Origin: Vicugna vicugna
Lineage: Eukaryota
Length of the DNA: 64,000 nucleotides
Direction of reading: 5' to 3'
Assembly (NCBI GenBank): GCA_013265495.1
Contig: MU057880.1
Location: 124,001 to 188,000, forward strand
Shown here: one piece after another, positions 51,871-63,639 of the stretch
How the letters are laid out: every line of letters begins with the position of its first letter
Position numbering within the stretch: the first letter of the stretch is position 1
Translations under genes and position numbers: made by a program
Notes under the pieces: model-generated
Databases searched by the model: none
What the model was told of the DNA's origin: nothing
Seen by the model: the letters and a program-made list of their open reading frames with translations, nothing else

Positions 51871-53237
51871 AAGAACATTTGGTAAGATGTTTAAGACTCA
51901 GGACAGTGTAATTTCTCCTTTTGCTGGGACACTCACTGATGTCACACTTGTAGTGTCTCTGGCCGGACAGAGAGGGAATCCTGACCGGCTCCCCTCCAGC
52001 TGTCACGAAGCCAAGACCATGGTCTGTAACAGCATAGACTGGAGAAAGAGTTAAGATTTGATCTTACATTAAAAAGTTCACTTTTCACGGAAAATAATGA
52101 CTCATGTCACATGAAGGTCAGGTTGGCAGGAGGTCTCGGGTAAAACCGCCTTCCAACATCATTTACAAGTGATTTGATCATTGAAATAAAGCAACTACCT
52201 CGGTGCCTGAACAAGCTATTCTACGCCTTGACGTGGAGTGTGCCCTTTGCCTAAAAATGAGTGCCCTCTGCCTACTTTCTTATCTCTAACACATCCTCTC
52301 TCAAATACAGAAAAAAGACTAGCACTTAGGGTGCATTAGACAAGTGTCAGCTACTGGTTTATAATTATTATCCTTCACGATTGTTTAAAAGATTAGAAAT
52401 CATCGATGTCCCACACCTACCATAGTTTCTACCACAAAGGAAATACCCTCCAAATGGCCATCATCATTATCATTAATACAAGCATAGAATTACGATGTCT
52501 TTATGGGTCTACCTTCCCAGCTAAATTGTCAGCTACCAGAGGGCAGGCATGATAGCTTCATTTATTCATTCAATGAACATTTGTTAAACATCTGCGGTGT
52601 TCAAGGTGCTGTGATCTGTATCGAGATACAGTGGAGGACAGGCCGGTAGCAACCTCAGGATTTCCAGACTAAACCACCTGCCAGAGGTACCCTTATCACC
52701 TAACTCCCTTCATCATCTTTAAAATATATAAATGATTGTCTTATTCATAATGAGACCAGCTTAAAGAATATCAGTTGGTTGTCTTACTAAGGCTTCTGCC
52801 TGTCCCTAGAAATCACAATTTTATTTTAAAACATTAACATCTTCATAAAAATCTTCCCCTATGGTCATTAGCCTTAGTTTATGAGTCCCCAGATTTTTTA
52901 GCAGATTATATATTATTACTTTATCCATTTTCAACAAGTCACATACGTGGTTGCTTAAGCACAGAAAATACATTTTTTTGTATAACCTACTCGGCTTTGC
53001 AGGATACGAGTGGAACATGCGAAATCATCTGAAGATATTGTTTCTAAATTGAGAGGTGAGATTTCTTTCGGTTCAGGATCAGAGTCAATTATAAGATGGT
53101 CATAAGAACACCATAGACTTCCAAATACTACTTAGCGGGTGAGATGTCTCAGAGACCCTGGGATCAAAAATTCACTGGGCTGTGACTCCAGAAGTTCTCA
53201 TCAGGGCGAGGCGCCTCCTCTCCGTCACAGCACTCAC

Positions 53238-53992
53238 CCCAGAGCTAGTCGAGCAGGCTTCCCACTTCGGGGATACCCAGTTGCTTGTGCGTTTGCCTGA
53301 AGAAATTTTGCTCACATTCCCCTAACATAGAAGGCCAAGTGACTGTTCCATTTTAATTGCAATCCCAGGAAATAAACAGTGAATTTTTAATATCTTGGTT
53401 TTTATCCCCAACATCTATTTCAAAAGCCACTTCTCTAAACAGGGGACTGGAATGGCTTTCAGAGGAAGGAATTTATGTCCGATTCTGAAGCTGCCGAGGT
53501 TAAGACGCAAGCACAGGAGACGCTTCTGTGTATCAGCAGAGATGCTGTATGGATGAAAAGCTAGGGGGAAAGTCACAATATTACAGTATTTAATTTCTGC
53601 CTTTCTTAGCTGATACATTCAATAATACCATTATTGTCAGTGTAATCATCTTCAATAATAGATTCTATTTCAATGACTTTTAACAGACAGGGGTACTTTT
53701 AGCTTTTAAGGCCTCTTGGAGTCTTCTAAAATTCAGCTGTATGTCCTGCTCATATTTGTTCCCCATTAAGACAAAACCCGTTTTCTCTGATAACATCACA
53801 TCATTTCCAGATATACTAATGGATCCCACTGTGTGTTCCAACTTTATGACTATGTGAGTCGTTTCCAAGATCATCTCACTTTCATTAATATAACAGCTCC
53901 AACTGTAGTACATCAAATCCTGAGATCCACATTCACATCCTAATGACTTTTTCAACCCTTAATGTGTTTTCAAAGAGAAGAGTCACTTTGTG
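53238..53992 (-). pseudogene. Large exon relic with several frameshifts (includes listed ORFs 53680-53955 and 53415-53618)
   Basis: Strong acceptor (T)n-attacAG at 53993-53994; candidate donor GGG|gtgagt at 53232-53237 (alternative gtaaga near 52787). Repeat-free, with overlapping long minus-strand open frames. Confidence 0.45.
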
Positions 53993-55140
53993 CTGTAATA
54001 AAAAAAAAAATATTTTAAACCCTATGGTAGACTTCAACCCACTACAGAATGTCCGCTCCACAAAATAGTAAGAATATAGTAATTCCACACCTTGTGTTCA
54101 CGCAGAACATCTCCCCCAAAAGATCTCAAAGAACAGAAAAGGAAAGTTAAAACTATAAAGAATAAAAATAAATTTTCAAAGTGATTCAGCACATTTTGCC
54201 ATGTATTTTGGGTAATAGTAATTGTACTTCAGGGATACTTAACCTGATAGCCGCTGGCCTGAGGGTTCATGGGTGAGCTTCAAAGAATAGGTAAAACCCC
54301 CGATGAATTATAAAAAAGAGAAGTGAGACAAAGGTATAGGTTTTGCTTAAGAAGGCAAAAAGGTGGCTTAAAATTAGAATTCAGCAATAGACATGTATAT
54401 CCTTCTCATAAGAAACAGATCCTTTAGGATCAAAGATAGATATTTTCATGAAATAACTTGAAGAGTCTGTAATCAATGTTGAACAAGAATGGAGGTAAAT
54501 TCTTATGTCATGAGGTGGAGAAACTTTTTTAGCTGAAAGAATTGGCATGAGAAGTCCTTTTCTTGTGGGATCTATCCTGGAGAAAGATAGCGAACTTGGG
54601 GCAGCGTCCTCTTGGAGCACCAAAACGTTGGAGAGGAGAATAAATTCAAATGAAACAAATAGATGGGTTTTGTTGACAGAGGAAAGGAAGTAAGAGGAAG
54701 AGAAAGAACTTAGGTGATGAAGAGAAATTAGAAAAATTGGGGAGTTAAAGTGAAGAAAACGTTACCTTAGAAAAACAGCTGAAAGACACTAAAAATCATG
54801 AGCAGAAGCTGGTCTAGGCTTTGTAGGGAACAGCTCACACAATTCTGGTGGTTCTCATTAGGAAATAAAAGAACCCCAAATTTCAAATTAAGGGCAGATC
54901 GTCGAAAGAAACACATGCAGGTAAGGGGCCCGGGCAGCTCAGCTCCACTCATCTCGTGGAAATCCACGACCAGGCAGACCCACCCTCCCGTTTCAAGCTG
55001 TTTTCTCTGCAACATGTAAACCCTGTCTCAAAGCACAGTCAGTCCACCCATCAACTCAAAATTCTCTGAACAAATACTATTTTTGTGGGAAATCAAAAAG
55101 GGAGCTGAATTTCTCCTGGGTGGAAGAGAGACAGGACCAC

Positions 55141-55260
55141 GTGCTCCTGAGAGGTAAGTCCTCTAGAAATTCACAGAGATGAGGCTGTGAAACCCCGAGG
55201 GCTGTGAAATTAATTTCACTCGGCTCGTGGATGGAAGGAGGCCCCCAGCTACTATCTCAC
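55141..55260 (-). pseudogene. Possible exon relic
   Basis: Acceptor ctaagttcactttttgcAG; donor weak. One frame gives SWGPPSIH, loosely like recalled RGSL1 SYWLPNFYTH. Confidence 0.3.
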
Positions 55261-55544
55261 CTGCAAAAAGTGAACTTAGACCACAGGTCCTCCAGCCTAA
55301 GGTGCCAAAAGGGGGATGAGTTACCATGCACATCAAAACTTGCACACAGGCAAGGCGGGGCAGTGAGGTAAGGCTTTAATCACAGCCCTCATTCTTCTAC
55401 ATGCAGACCACATTTTAAAGTTTATGACTTGCTTACAAACGATTTTTATCTTCCTAGAGTAACCCACAGGCAGCTGTTGAGGGATCACATTAGACAAGAC
55501 ATGCAATGGTTTTGATTTTCAGGAAGGGCCATTAACATGCCAGT

Positions 55545-55760
55545 TAAGGATGCTGGGAAATAGCTACAATCCTTAATAGTTGTGTGATTTTAGACAGGTT
55601 GCTTAATGCTCTATGATTCCACTTCCTCGTACATAAACAAGGATAATATAAGACCTACATCATTTAGCTATTGTGAAGATTAGTTGAAAATTCAGTTAAG
55701 CATCAGATACTGAGTATGAAAGCTAGTAATTGATCGGTAAATGTTAGCCGTTACTATGAT
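55545..55760. mobile_element. MIR SINE
   Basis: tagttgtgtgattttagacaggttgcttaatgctct...ttcctcgt...tgtgaagatta, MIR core. Confidence 0.65.
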
Positions 55761-56315
55761 CCGTATTACAACTCCTTCTATTGCTATTTCAAGCCAAATA
55801 GGGTTTCAGGGAATGTGGGAGATGGCCTCGAAGAGGAATATGGCCTAACTAGAATCTTCTATCTCAGAAAGATACAGTAAATTCATTTCCTCCCTAGGGA
55901 GACAGAAGCAATGGAACAGGGAAAGATGGGAGACAACAGAAGACATAATGTATCTGGAATTCAGCCTGAATATGAATGTTCAGGAATAATTAATATGCTA
56001 GTTGAATGATGTGGTACTTATTAACCTATAAAAGTCAGTTTTGGGAAAAGCTTCCAGAAAGGTGCCACCCTTAACCTTGAACTCTGTATTTTTAAAAGCT
56101 TGGATGAAGCTAGGAAAAAAAACCAATAGTAATCTGATTGTATTTTAAAGTAATTCAAAGCCCCTAGAATATGAGCTCCTTGATAGCAAGCAACTCACTC
56201 CTTGTTGATCACGTTTACCTAGTAAGGATGTTCAATAAATATTTTGTGAATGAATTAGAATCCAAAACAATTTCAGTCTGGATATAGAAAACAAGCCCCT
56301 ATAAAAAATAATGGA

Positions 56316-57005
56316 TTCCATATATAAATGATATCATACAGTATTTGTCTTTCTCTGTCTGACTTATTTCACTTAGCCTAATGCTCTCCAAGTGCATCCA
56401 TGTTGCTGCAAATGGCAACATTTCAGTCTTTTTTATGGCTGAGTAGTATTCCATTGTGTATATATATCACATCTACTTTATCTAGTTATCTGTTGATTGA
56501 CACTTAGGTTGCTTCCATGTCTTGGCTATTGGAAATAATACTGCTGTAAACATTGGGGTGCATGTATCTTTGTGAATTAGTGTTTTGTTTTTTGGATATA
56601 TATCCCAGGAGTGGAACTGCTGGATCATATGGTAGTTCTATTTTTAGTTTTTTGAGAAACTTCCATAATGTTTGCACAGTGACTGCACCAATTAATACTT
56701 CCACCAACAACAAACAGCAAACCAGTGAATATAACAAAAGAGAAGCAGACTCACAGTATAAAGAATGAATCAGTGGTTACCAGAGGGGTCAGGGGGGAAC
56801 ATAGGGGTAGGAGATTAAGAGGTACAAACCATTAGGTATAAAATAAGCTAAAAGATATTATACAACAGAGAGAATATAGCCAATATTTTATAATATCTGT
56901 AATTGTAGCATAACCTTCTAAAATTGTGAATCACTATATTGTACACCTGCAACTTATATAATATTCAACATCAACTATACTTCAACAAAAAAGTGTAAAA
57001 AAATA
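56316..57005. mobile_element. L1 insertion with 5' inversion (minus to about 56706, plus thereafter)
   Basis: ORF 56504-56737 (LWKFLKKLKIELPYDPAVPLLG) is antisense ORF2, joined to sense 3' UTR plus A tail. Confidence 0.85.
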
Positions 57006-57884
57006 AAAATAAGGCAGGTAAATATAAGGTTTTGTTGTTTAATTTTATGGTAATAACTTGGGAGAGAAAAAGCAAAAGCTGCAGCAGCAAATGTTAGAAA
57101 GGAAAACAGGTTTTATTCAACACTGAACACCATTTTAGTTCATGTCACGTTGTAGTCATTAGAAAGTTACTCTAATCCTGGGCCCTGTTAATTCCCGGCA
57201 TTAAAGTAGAGAGAGGGGCCCGAGCTGCCCCGTCACGGCTGCCTCGGTCCACATGCGCATTGCTCTCAACTCTCAGGATCACATTTGAATAGGGAGAGAG
57301 GACACGTCAAGGTTACTGTCAATCCAGCAGGAAAGGCTCTGTAAAAAAAATCAGGTGAAAAACAGCCAGGGAAACTCCAGACCACATCCTGGAGAAGGTA
57401 CGAAACGGCATGTTAGTGTCGTACAAACATTTGAAGCACTGGACATCTGTACCACAGCCTCAGACGTACAGGAGCAGGATGGATGGATGTCATCTGTGAG
57501 AAAGCAGATTTGGAATCAATAGAAGGAAGAACAAATATGTTAATGTAAGGAGTAGTAGTTCAATTCATAATGAGAGATTGTGACTTTGAGAGACTGTGAG
57601 TTCTTATCAATGAAGTTTCCAACCCTGACGTCATTCATCTACTCATGCATTCAACGAAGAATTATTTAGTGCTTTCTCTATGCGCCATAGGACTGTTTCT
57701 ATTTAATTCTCCAGCATCTTCCTTCTGTCACCAAACTCTGGACACCTGAAAAGTCCATTCTCTTCCCTGCCCAGAACACTCTTTGCTTTTCTTAATTCCT
57801 ATTCATTTTTCAGGTCTCAGCTTAAATGTTTTTTCCGTAGAGACTTTCCCTGACAGCAAAACCTAAATAAAATCCCCCACCTGT

Positions 57885-58470
57885 CCAGCTTCACTGAAAT
57901 ATAATTTACAGACCATACAATTCTCCCATTATCAACGTGCCAATGAGTTTTAGCAACTAGATCTGATTTTACAAACAACTCCCATTTGAAACATTTCCGT
58001 TACCCCCAGAGCTCTAGCATGTCCATTTGGAAGCAGTCTCCACTCCCAGGACCAAGCCCCACTGATCCGCTTTCTGACACAGTTTTATCCTATCTAGAAA
58101 CTTGCCATACTGTAGCGAACCATTTCATATGTACTCCTTCACTTAGGGAGTTTTTGAGGTTCATAAATGTCATTACATGCATCAAAGTTTTGTTCTTTTT
58201 AATTGCAAACAATATTCCTTTGTAAGGATATACCTCAGTTTGTTTATTCGTCAATTGGAACATGGACATTGGGTTTGTTTGCAGTTTGGAGCTGTTGGGA
58301 GCAAGACTGCTACCAACATTCACGTGGAAGTCTTTTGTGGATAATGCCTAGGAATAGAAATGCCAGATGACGTGACAAGCGTATATTTAACATTTTTAAG
58401 ACACGATAAAACCACTTTCCAAAGGAGCTCTGTTATATTACATCCCACAAGCAATGTATCAGGGTTCTAG
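57885..58470 (-). mobile_element. Old L1 (L1M) 3' fragment
   Basis: Antisense L1 3' motifs (cagtttgtttattc...ggacattgggtttg...atttaacattttt). Confidence 0.75.
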
Positions 58471-58988
58471 TCTCAGCCTTCAGGAAGCAAATTTTCACAC
58501 ACAAGCACGCGTGTAAATTTGCATAAAATTACGTTACGTAAATTTACGTTAACTACAGTGTAATGATTGCGAAAAAGCAGTAGCATCTTATATTTAAATA
58601 GACCTTAATATTTTGAAACTGTATTCACATGTACATTAACTTATTAATCCTCATGAAAGCCATTTAGGACCGCATTATAAGCCTCACTTTACAGATGGGA
58701 ATATTGAAGAACACAAGGTTAACTCACTTAAGATCATAAGGCTGGAACATTAGAAAGGCAGTGATCTAACCCAGATCTTCTGATTCTAAATGCAATCATC
58801 TTGACGTGTCTAAAGGTTTTAAGTTACAGGGTTTTTTCCTGAATTAATATGGAGAAATTTCAATGCCCAGCCAATGATGGGCAGCACTGAAAACATACTC
58901 TGTCCATTTTGGTATCTGTTTTAGCCACTTTATCCTCTCTACCCCAACACCCCAGCCCAGCCCTCCCTGGGGCCCCTCCCACACTCAC

Positions 58989-59145
58989 GACTGGAAAACG
59001 CTTAGTAAACGCCTCTCAGGTCCAGTTCTGACGGCTGACCTCTGGGTCATACACGCAGTAGCTCGTTCTCTGAGCAGGAAGGAGATGTGGTCTCCTCCCA
59101 GAGAAGTCATTTGTCAGAAAGTTTGAAAAGCTCAGTCCAAAGCTT
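58989..59145 (-). pseudogene. Exon relic, 157 nt
   Basis: Very long pyrimidine tract (ccctttattctttctgtctttcgtctctccatcccgAG), donor gtgagt at 58983-58988. Frames give SFGLSFSNFL and AFQTF*QMTSLGGDHISFLL, resembling an RGS-domain start. Confidence 0.55.
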
Positions 59146-59966
59146 CTCGGGATGGAGAGACGAAAGACAGAAAGAATAAAGGGAAAGTGAAGAAAACCTG
59201 GAGAGGTCTGTAAATAGGTCAAAAATTGTTAATTGCTTCCTAACTGGCAATTTTGGCCCAGAAATACATCCTGAATTCAAGACCAGTCTCAAAGGAGATT
59301 CACTGTCGTATCACATAAGATCCAAAATGTTGAAGTTCCATGCTTTCTAAAATAAATGATCATTTTGCAAAGCCACAGTTTTGCTGTTGCCATGATAACT
59401 GTGATTCAAAGTCAGTCTTTAGAGAATCAGAATTTTTCTTTTTGGGTCACCTATTTATATTTTGTTAGACACTTATTTAGGAAATTTCTAGTAATACCAA
59501 TGGTATTAGATGAGAAATTTATTTTGAAACAAAGTTAACTTTTTCACAAAAGATACATTAAGAATTCTGCCAGGATCATGAAAGTCTGTATGCAAGATGT
59601 CGTGTTTCTTCACTTTTGATTCACACTATTTTGAGGGGTGTTTTAAGAGCAGGATCTAAATAACACCATCTAGATCAAACAGAGAAGAAAAAAAGGACAA
59701 GTTACACCTGTATATGACAGGGAAATAGAATCCTAAGAAACTAGCAAGTGAAAGCTGTCATAGACTATTAAAAGGCTGAAGGGAGTACAGATTCCTGAAG
59801 AAAATTATTCAAACAGAACATTTTTGCATGTAATACTTTTGTATCTAATAATTGTGTTCCTTTTGATATAATTATCACAACAATAATAATAGCCTCAAAA
59901 TAGAAAATAGTTTAATCTCTGGGAGATTAGCATGGACTGATTTCCAGGAGATATAAGCACATCAGG

Positions 59967-60187
59967 GTTTTTTTTTTTTTTTTACTTTTTATTTTGAAAT
60001 CATGGTATATTTATAAGAAGTTGCAAAAAAAAAGCATTCAAAAATTACTTAAGAAACTTTTTTATCCATCTATCCTTCTTCGGTTTTAACATCTTGCACA
60101 ACCATACCAAGTTTTAAGACCAGGAAATTGGCCTTGACACAATCCACAGAGTTTATTCACATTTCATCAGTTTGGCATGTGTGTGCG

Positions 60188-60226
<39 letters not shown>

Positions 60227-61078
60227 TCATGCAGTATCATCAAACATATAGATTCAAGAAACCACTACCACAATCAAGACATGGAACAGTTCCATCACCA
60301 CAAGGCTCACATTGTACTCCTTCATAACTACACCCACTCCCCCATTCCTAACTCTCTAAGCAACTATCTGTTTTCCATCTCTGTCATGTTCTTATTTTCA
60401 GAATGTTCTATAAATGGAATCATGCAGTATCTAACCTTTTATGATTTGACTCAGCATAATTCTCTGCTCTTTCATCCGGGTTGTTCCATATAGCAATAGT
60501 TTGCTCTTTTTCATGGCTGAGTAATATTCCACAGTGTGGCCAGACCACATTTTCTTTAACCATTCACCCTTAGACAGAAGTTTGGCCATTACAAACAAAA
60601 CTGCTACAACAGCCACGTACAGGTTTGTGTTCCAATATAGGTTGTCATTGCTTTAGAATGAATGTCCGAGTGTAATTGCTACAGCACATGGCAATTGCAT
60701 GCTTATTTTTATAAGAAACTGACAAAATATTTTCCAGAGTGGCTGTACCATATTACACTTTTCACCAGCAAACTGTGAGTGATTCAGTTTTTCTACCTCC
60801 TCGTCAGCATCTGGGGTGGTAACTGTTTTGTATTTAAGCCATTTTGATAGGGGTATAAAGGTATCTCATGGTGGTTTTAATTTTTACTTTTCTAATGTTT
60901 AATGATGCTCAAATTTTTTCATGTGATGACTTGCCACCTGTGTATCTTCTTCAGTGAAATGTCTGTAGCCCATTTCCTGATTGAACGGTTTGTATTTTAA
61001 TTATTGGGTTTTCCGAGTTCTTTCTAGAGTCTAGGTATAAGGTCTTTGTCAGATATGTGGTTGGCAAAGATTTTCTCA
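59967..61078 (-). mobile_element. Old L1 (L1M) 3' fragment with internal (TG)n at about 60178-60222
   Basis: Poly-T start; tttccagagtggctgtacca, gtatctcatggtggttttaat and other antisense ORF2/3' UTR motifs. Confidence 0.85.
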
Positions 61079-61691
61079 GGCACATCAATTTTATTAAAAA
61101 AAATTAGGAGAATGTTAGACATGATACATACATAATTACATTATTTCCTCCAGGAAATATCAGATCAAATTGATAATCAGGAGTTCTGGGGAGAAATACA
61201 GAGAATCACTGGAAATCCCATAGAATCTCAGTATTAGAAACAACGATAAAGAACATTTAAGGATGGAAGTTTCCTGTCACATTTTAGCATCATTCCCGAG
61301 TTTACCTGTTTATGGCTTAGTGACTAAAAGCATCCAGCACCTTTGAAGTCTTGTTTCTCCTTCCCAGTCATGTGACTGATATATTTCAGAAGTGGCTCTT
61401 TCTCTAAAATATATTTACGAGCCACAATGATTGCATTAGATCTGGGTTCAAAGAATACCCTAAGTCTAGAGAGAATAATAGTTCCAAAAATTTTCTTATG
61501 GCCCAATGCAAACGTTCCTGGTGCTAATGTATTCTGACTTTGTTACCATCACTAAAAATAAGCCAACCTGAAATTTTACATCAGCTATGATTGTATTTTA
61601 AAACGCCACACGGACTGATTCGTGAAATCAATTTAAGCTCTAAGTTTGATCTTAAAATCCTGTCACACTTAAAATATAATTCAAAATTAAC

Positions 61692-61983
61692 CTCTTTCTT
61701 GGAACGGTACTGTGAAATTAAGCAGACTTTAAAAAGGACTGGGAAGCAAATATTAAATGCCTCATGGTCCACTTGAAACAGCCTTCACTTTCCTTTTTGG
61801 TAGAGAATTCATGCATGAGGAGGTTATGGACATACACTTAATGCCCTTCTGTCATTGTTTCTGACATTCAAATTCATATCTCCTTGCTATAAATGGTAAG
61901 TTAGAGGCAAATTACATATGTCGTAAAGAGGCAGTTTCAATAGAAACGCAGTTAATATTTTGCTTATATAACACGATTCAGCT
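61692..61983 (-). pseudogene. Probable N-terminal exon relic
   Basis: Candidate acceptors near 61984 (atttctcAG) or at 61887-61888 (ctctaacttaccatttatAG). 61746-61704 reads L-P-(indel)-S-F-L-K-S-A-*-F-H-(indel)-Y-R, compared with recalled RGS22 RLPAFLESDCYFEYR. Two indels are needed. Confidence 0.4.
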
Positions 61984-62359
61984 GAGAAATATCATGAAAT
62001 AAATTTGTTTTATATTTATATACTTACGTTTTATTTATATGAGTAATGCTATTAGGCAAATTCAGCACATAATAGCCAGTGAATGATTTCAGAGTGTGAG
62101 TACGTGTGTATAAAACGTATTAGGTGGAAACGGGTAGTCTGTTTGCCAACAGTTGACGTAGAATGTTGGACGCTGAGGCCTGTGAGCATCAACGGGGCTC
62201 AAAGCAAAGTAGCCCAAGTCCAAAGCGACTTCAGGACACACAGAAAATGATCAGAAAAGGATCTGAAAATTGAATGACTCTTGGAACTGGGAACGGACCC
62301 AGGTGCTACCTGTGACTAAAAGCAGAGATTGTCCTAAAACTGAGAAAAAAATAGTGGTA

Positions 62360-62378
62360 GTGCGCCATCTAGAGGCAA
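62360..62378 (-). promoter_or_regulatory. Candidate CTCF site
   Basis: Minus strand TGCCTCTAGATGGCGCAC closely fits the CTCF core CC(A/T)(C/G)(C/T)AG(A/G)(G/T)GGC(A/G)C. Confidence 0.55.
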
Positions 62379-62470
62379 TGAGGTTATTTAAACGGTTTGA
62401 TGTATTTGAATGGAATGATTCTCTGACTCCACAGGCATGAGGATCTTCCCTGCAATGACAACTTCTGCAA

Positions 62471-62925
62471 TTTTATTTTTATTGAAGTCGAGTTGATTTA
62501 CAATGTTGTGTTAGTTTCTGGTGTACAGCATAGTGACTCAGTGGTACATATATATATTCTTTTTCATATTCTTTTTTATTATAGGTTATTACAGGCTATT
62601 GAATATAGTTCCCTGTGCTGTACAGTAAAACCTTGTTGTCTATTTATTTTATATACAGTAGTGTGTATCTGTCAATCCCAAACTCCTAATTTATTCCTCC
62701 CCCTCCTTTCCCCTTTGGTAACCATAGTTTGTTTTCTATATCTGTGCGACTGTTTCTAATTTGTAAATAAGTTCACTTGTATCATATTTTAGATGCCACA
62801 GATATGCAACATCATATAATATTTGTCTTTCTCTGTCTGACTCACTGCACTTGGTATGATCATCTCTAGATCCATCCATGTTGGTGCAAATAGCATTATT
62901 TCAGTCTTTTTTATGGCTGAGTGGT
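62471..62925 (-). mobile_element. L1 3' end fragment
   Basis: Antisense 3' UTR. TSD caacttctgcaa / caacttgtgcaa. Confidence 0.9.
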
Positions 62926-63639
62926 CAACTTGTGCAACTTAAAAGGGGGGAAATTTTCTTCCGAGAGAGATTAAAAAGCCAGTCCTTGGTCAGCTGTCAG
63001 GAAGTGAACCATATTTTAATACGTAGCAGGCATGGAAGGAAAGCCATTTCAGGCTAAAAGCCAAATTTTACAGTGTGGTTTTCTGTGTCAAGCAAACTTC
63101 AAGCAAAATAAAAACATCCAGAATCAGACATTCATGTGGAATTGAGTTTGTAGATGTACTTGATCTTGTCACAGTGGAACAAGATCGGACCTGAAGTGTG
63201 GTCTGAGGAGAGCCATGATGTGGTCAAAGTGTTATTCTGTATTTCGATTAAAAATGAAAACGAGAATTTGTTTTTCTCCTGAGACATCTCTGAATAAGCA
63301 CTCTGTAAATGCATTTAAGATCTAATTCTCCAAGATGAAATGACCTTTCTCCTACTGAAATCTTATTTTTTTAGTGTCACATTTCCAGAAAAGAATAAGG
63401 AACACCCCCATTTTAACTATAATGTTTCCTGTGTTTGGTTTGAAATTGTTTCAGTTACTCAGATCAATAAAGGAAGCAGGTTGAGGTGGGAAAATGTGAT
63501 CAGTTGAATCCAAGGTATGAAAGTTTAACAAAACCTTGAAGTTTATTTCTTTCCCAGTCTACTACTTCTCAGCATCCTGTACCTGAGAACAGAATATGCA
63601 AGATGTGTTCACACAAACCTGACGACGATACTGTGACCA

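Larger units (their letters stand above)
1..61983 (-). pseudogene. Unprocessed multi-exon pseudogene (fossil gene), putative RGS22/RGSL1-family multi-RGS-domain protein; continues past the left edge
   Basis: About 20 minus-strand blocks with pyrimidine-tract+AG acceptors and GT donors. Phase-compatible chain 25922>22290>21446>14570>11374>10316>9168 (one frameshift needed). In-frame stops and an L1 inserted in one exon. Colinear motif similarity to RGSL1/RGS22 as recalled from memory, not searched. Confidence 0.72.

Noticed and set aside
63072..63236. Minus-strand acceptor-like site and exon candidate upstream of the inferred first coding exon
   Set aside because: Weak donor and no motif match; could be a 5' exon but I cannot support it.
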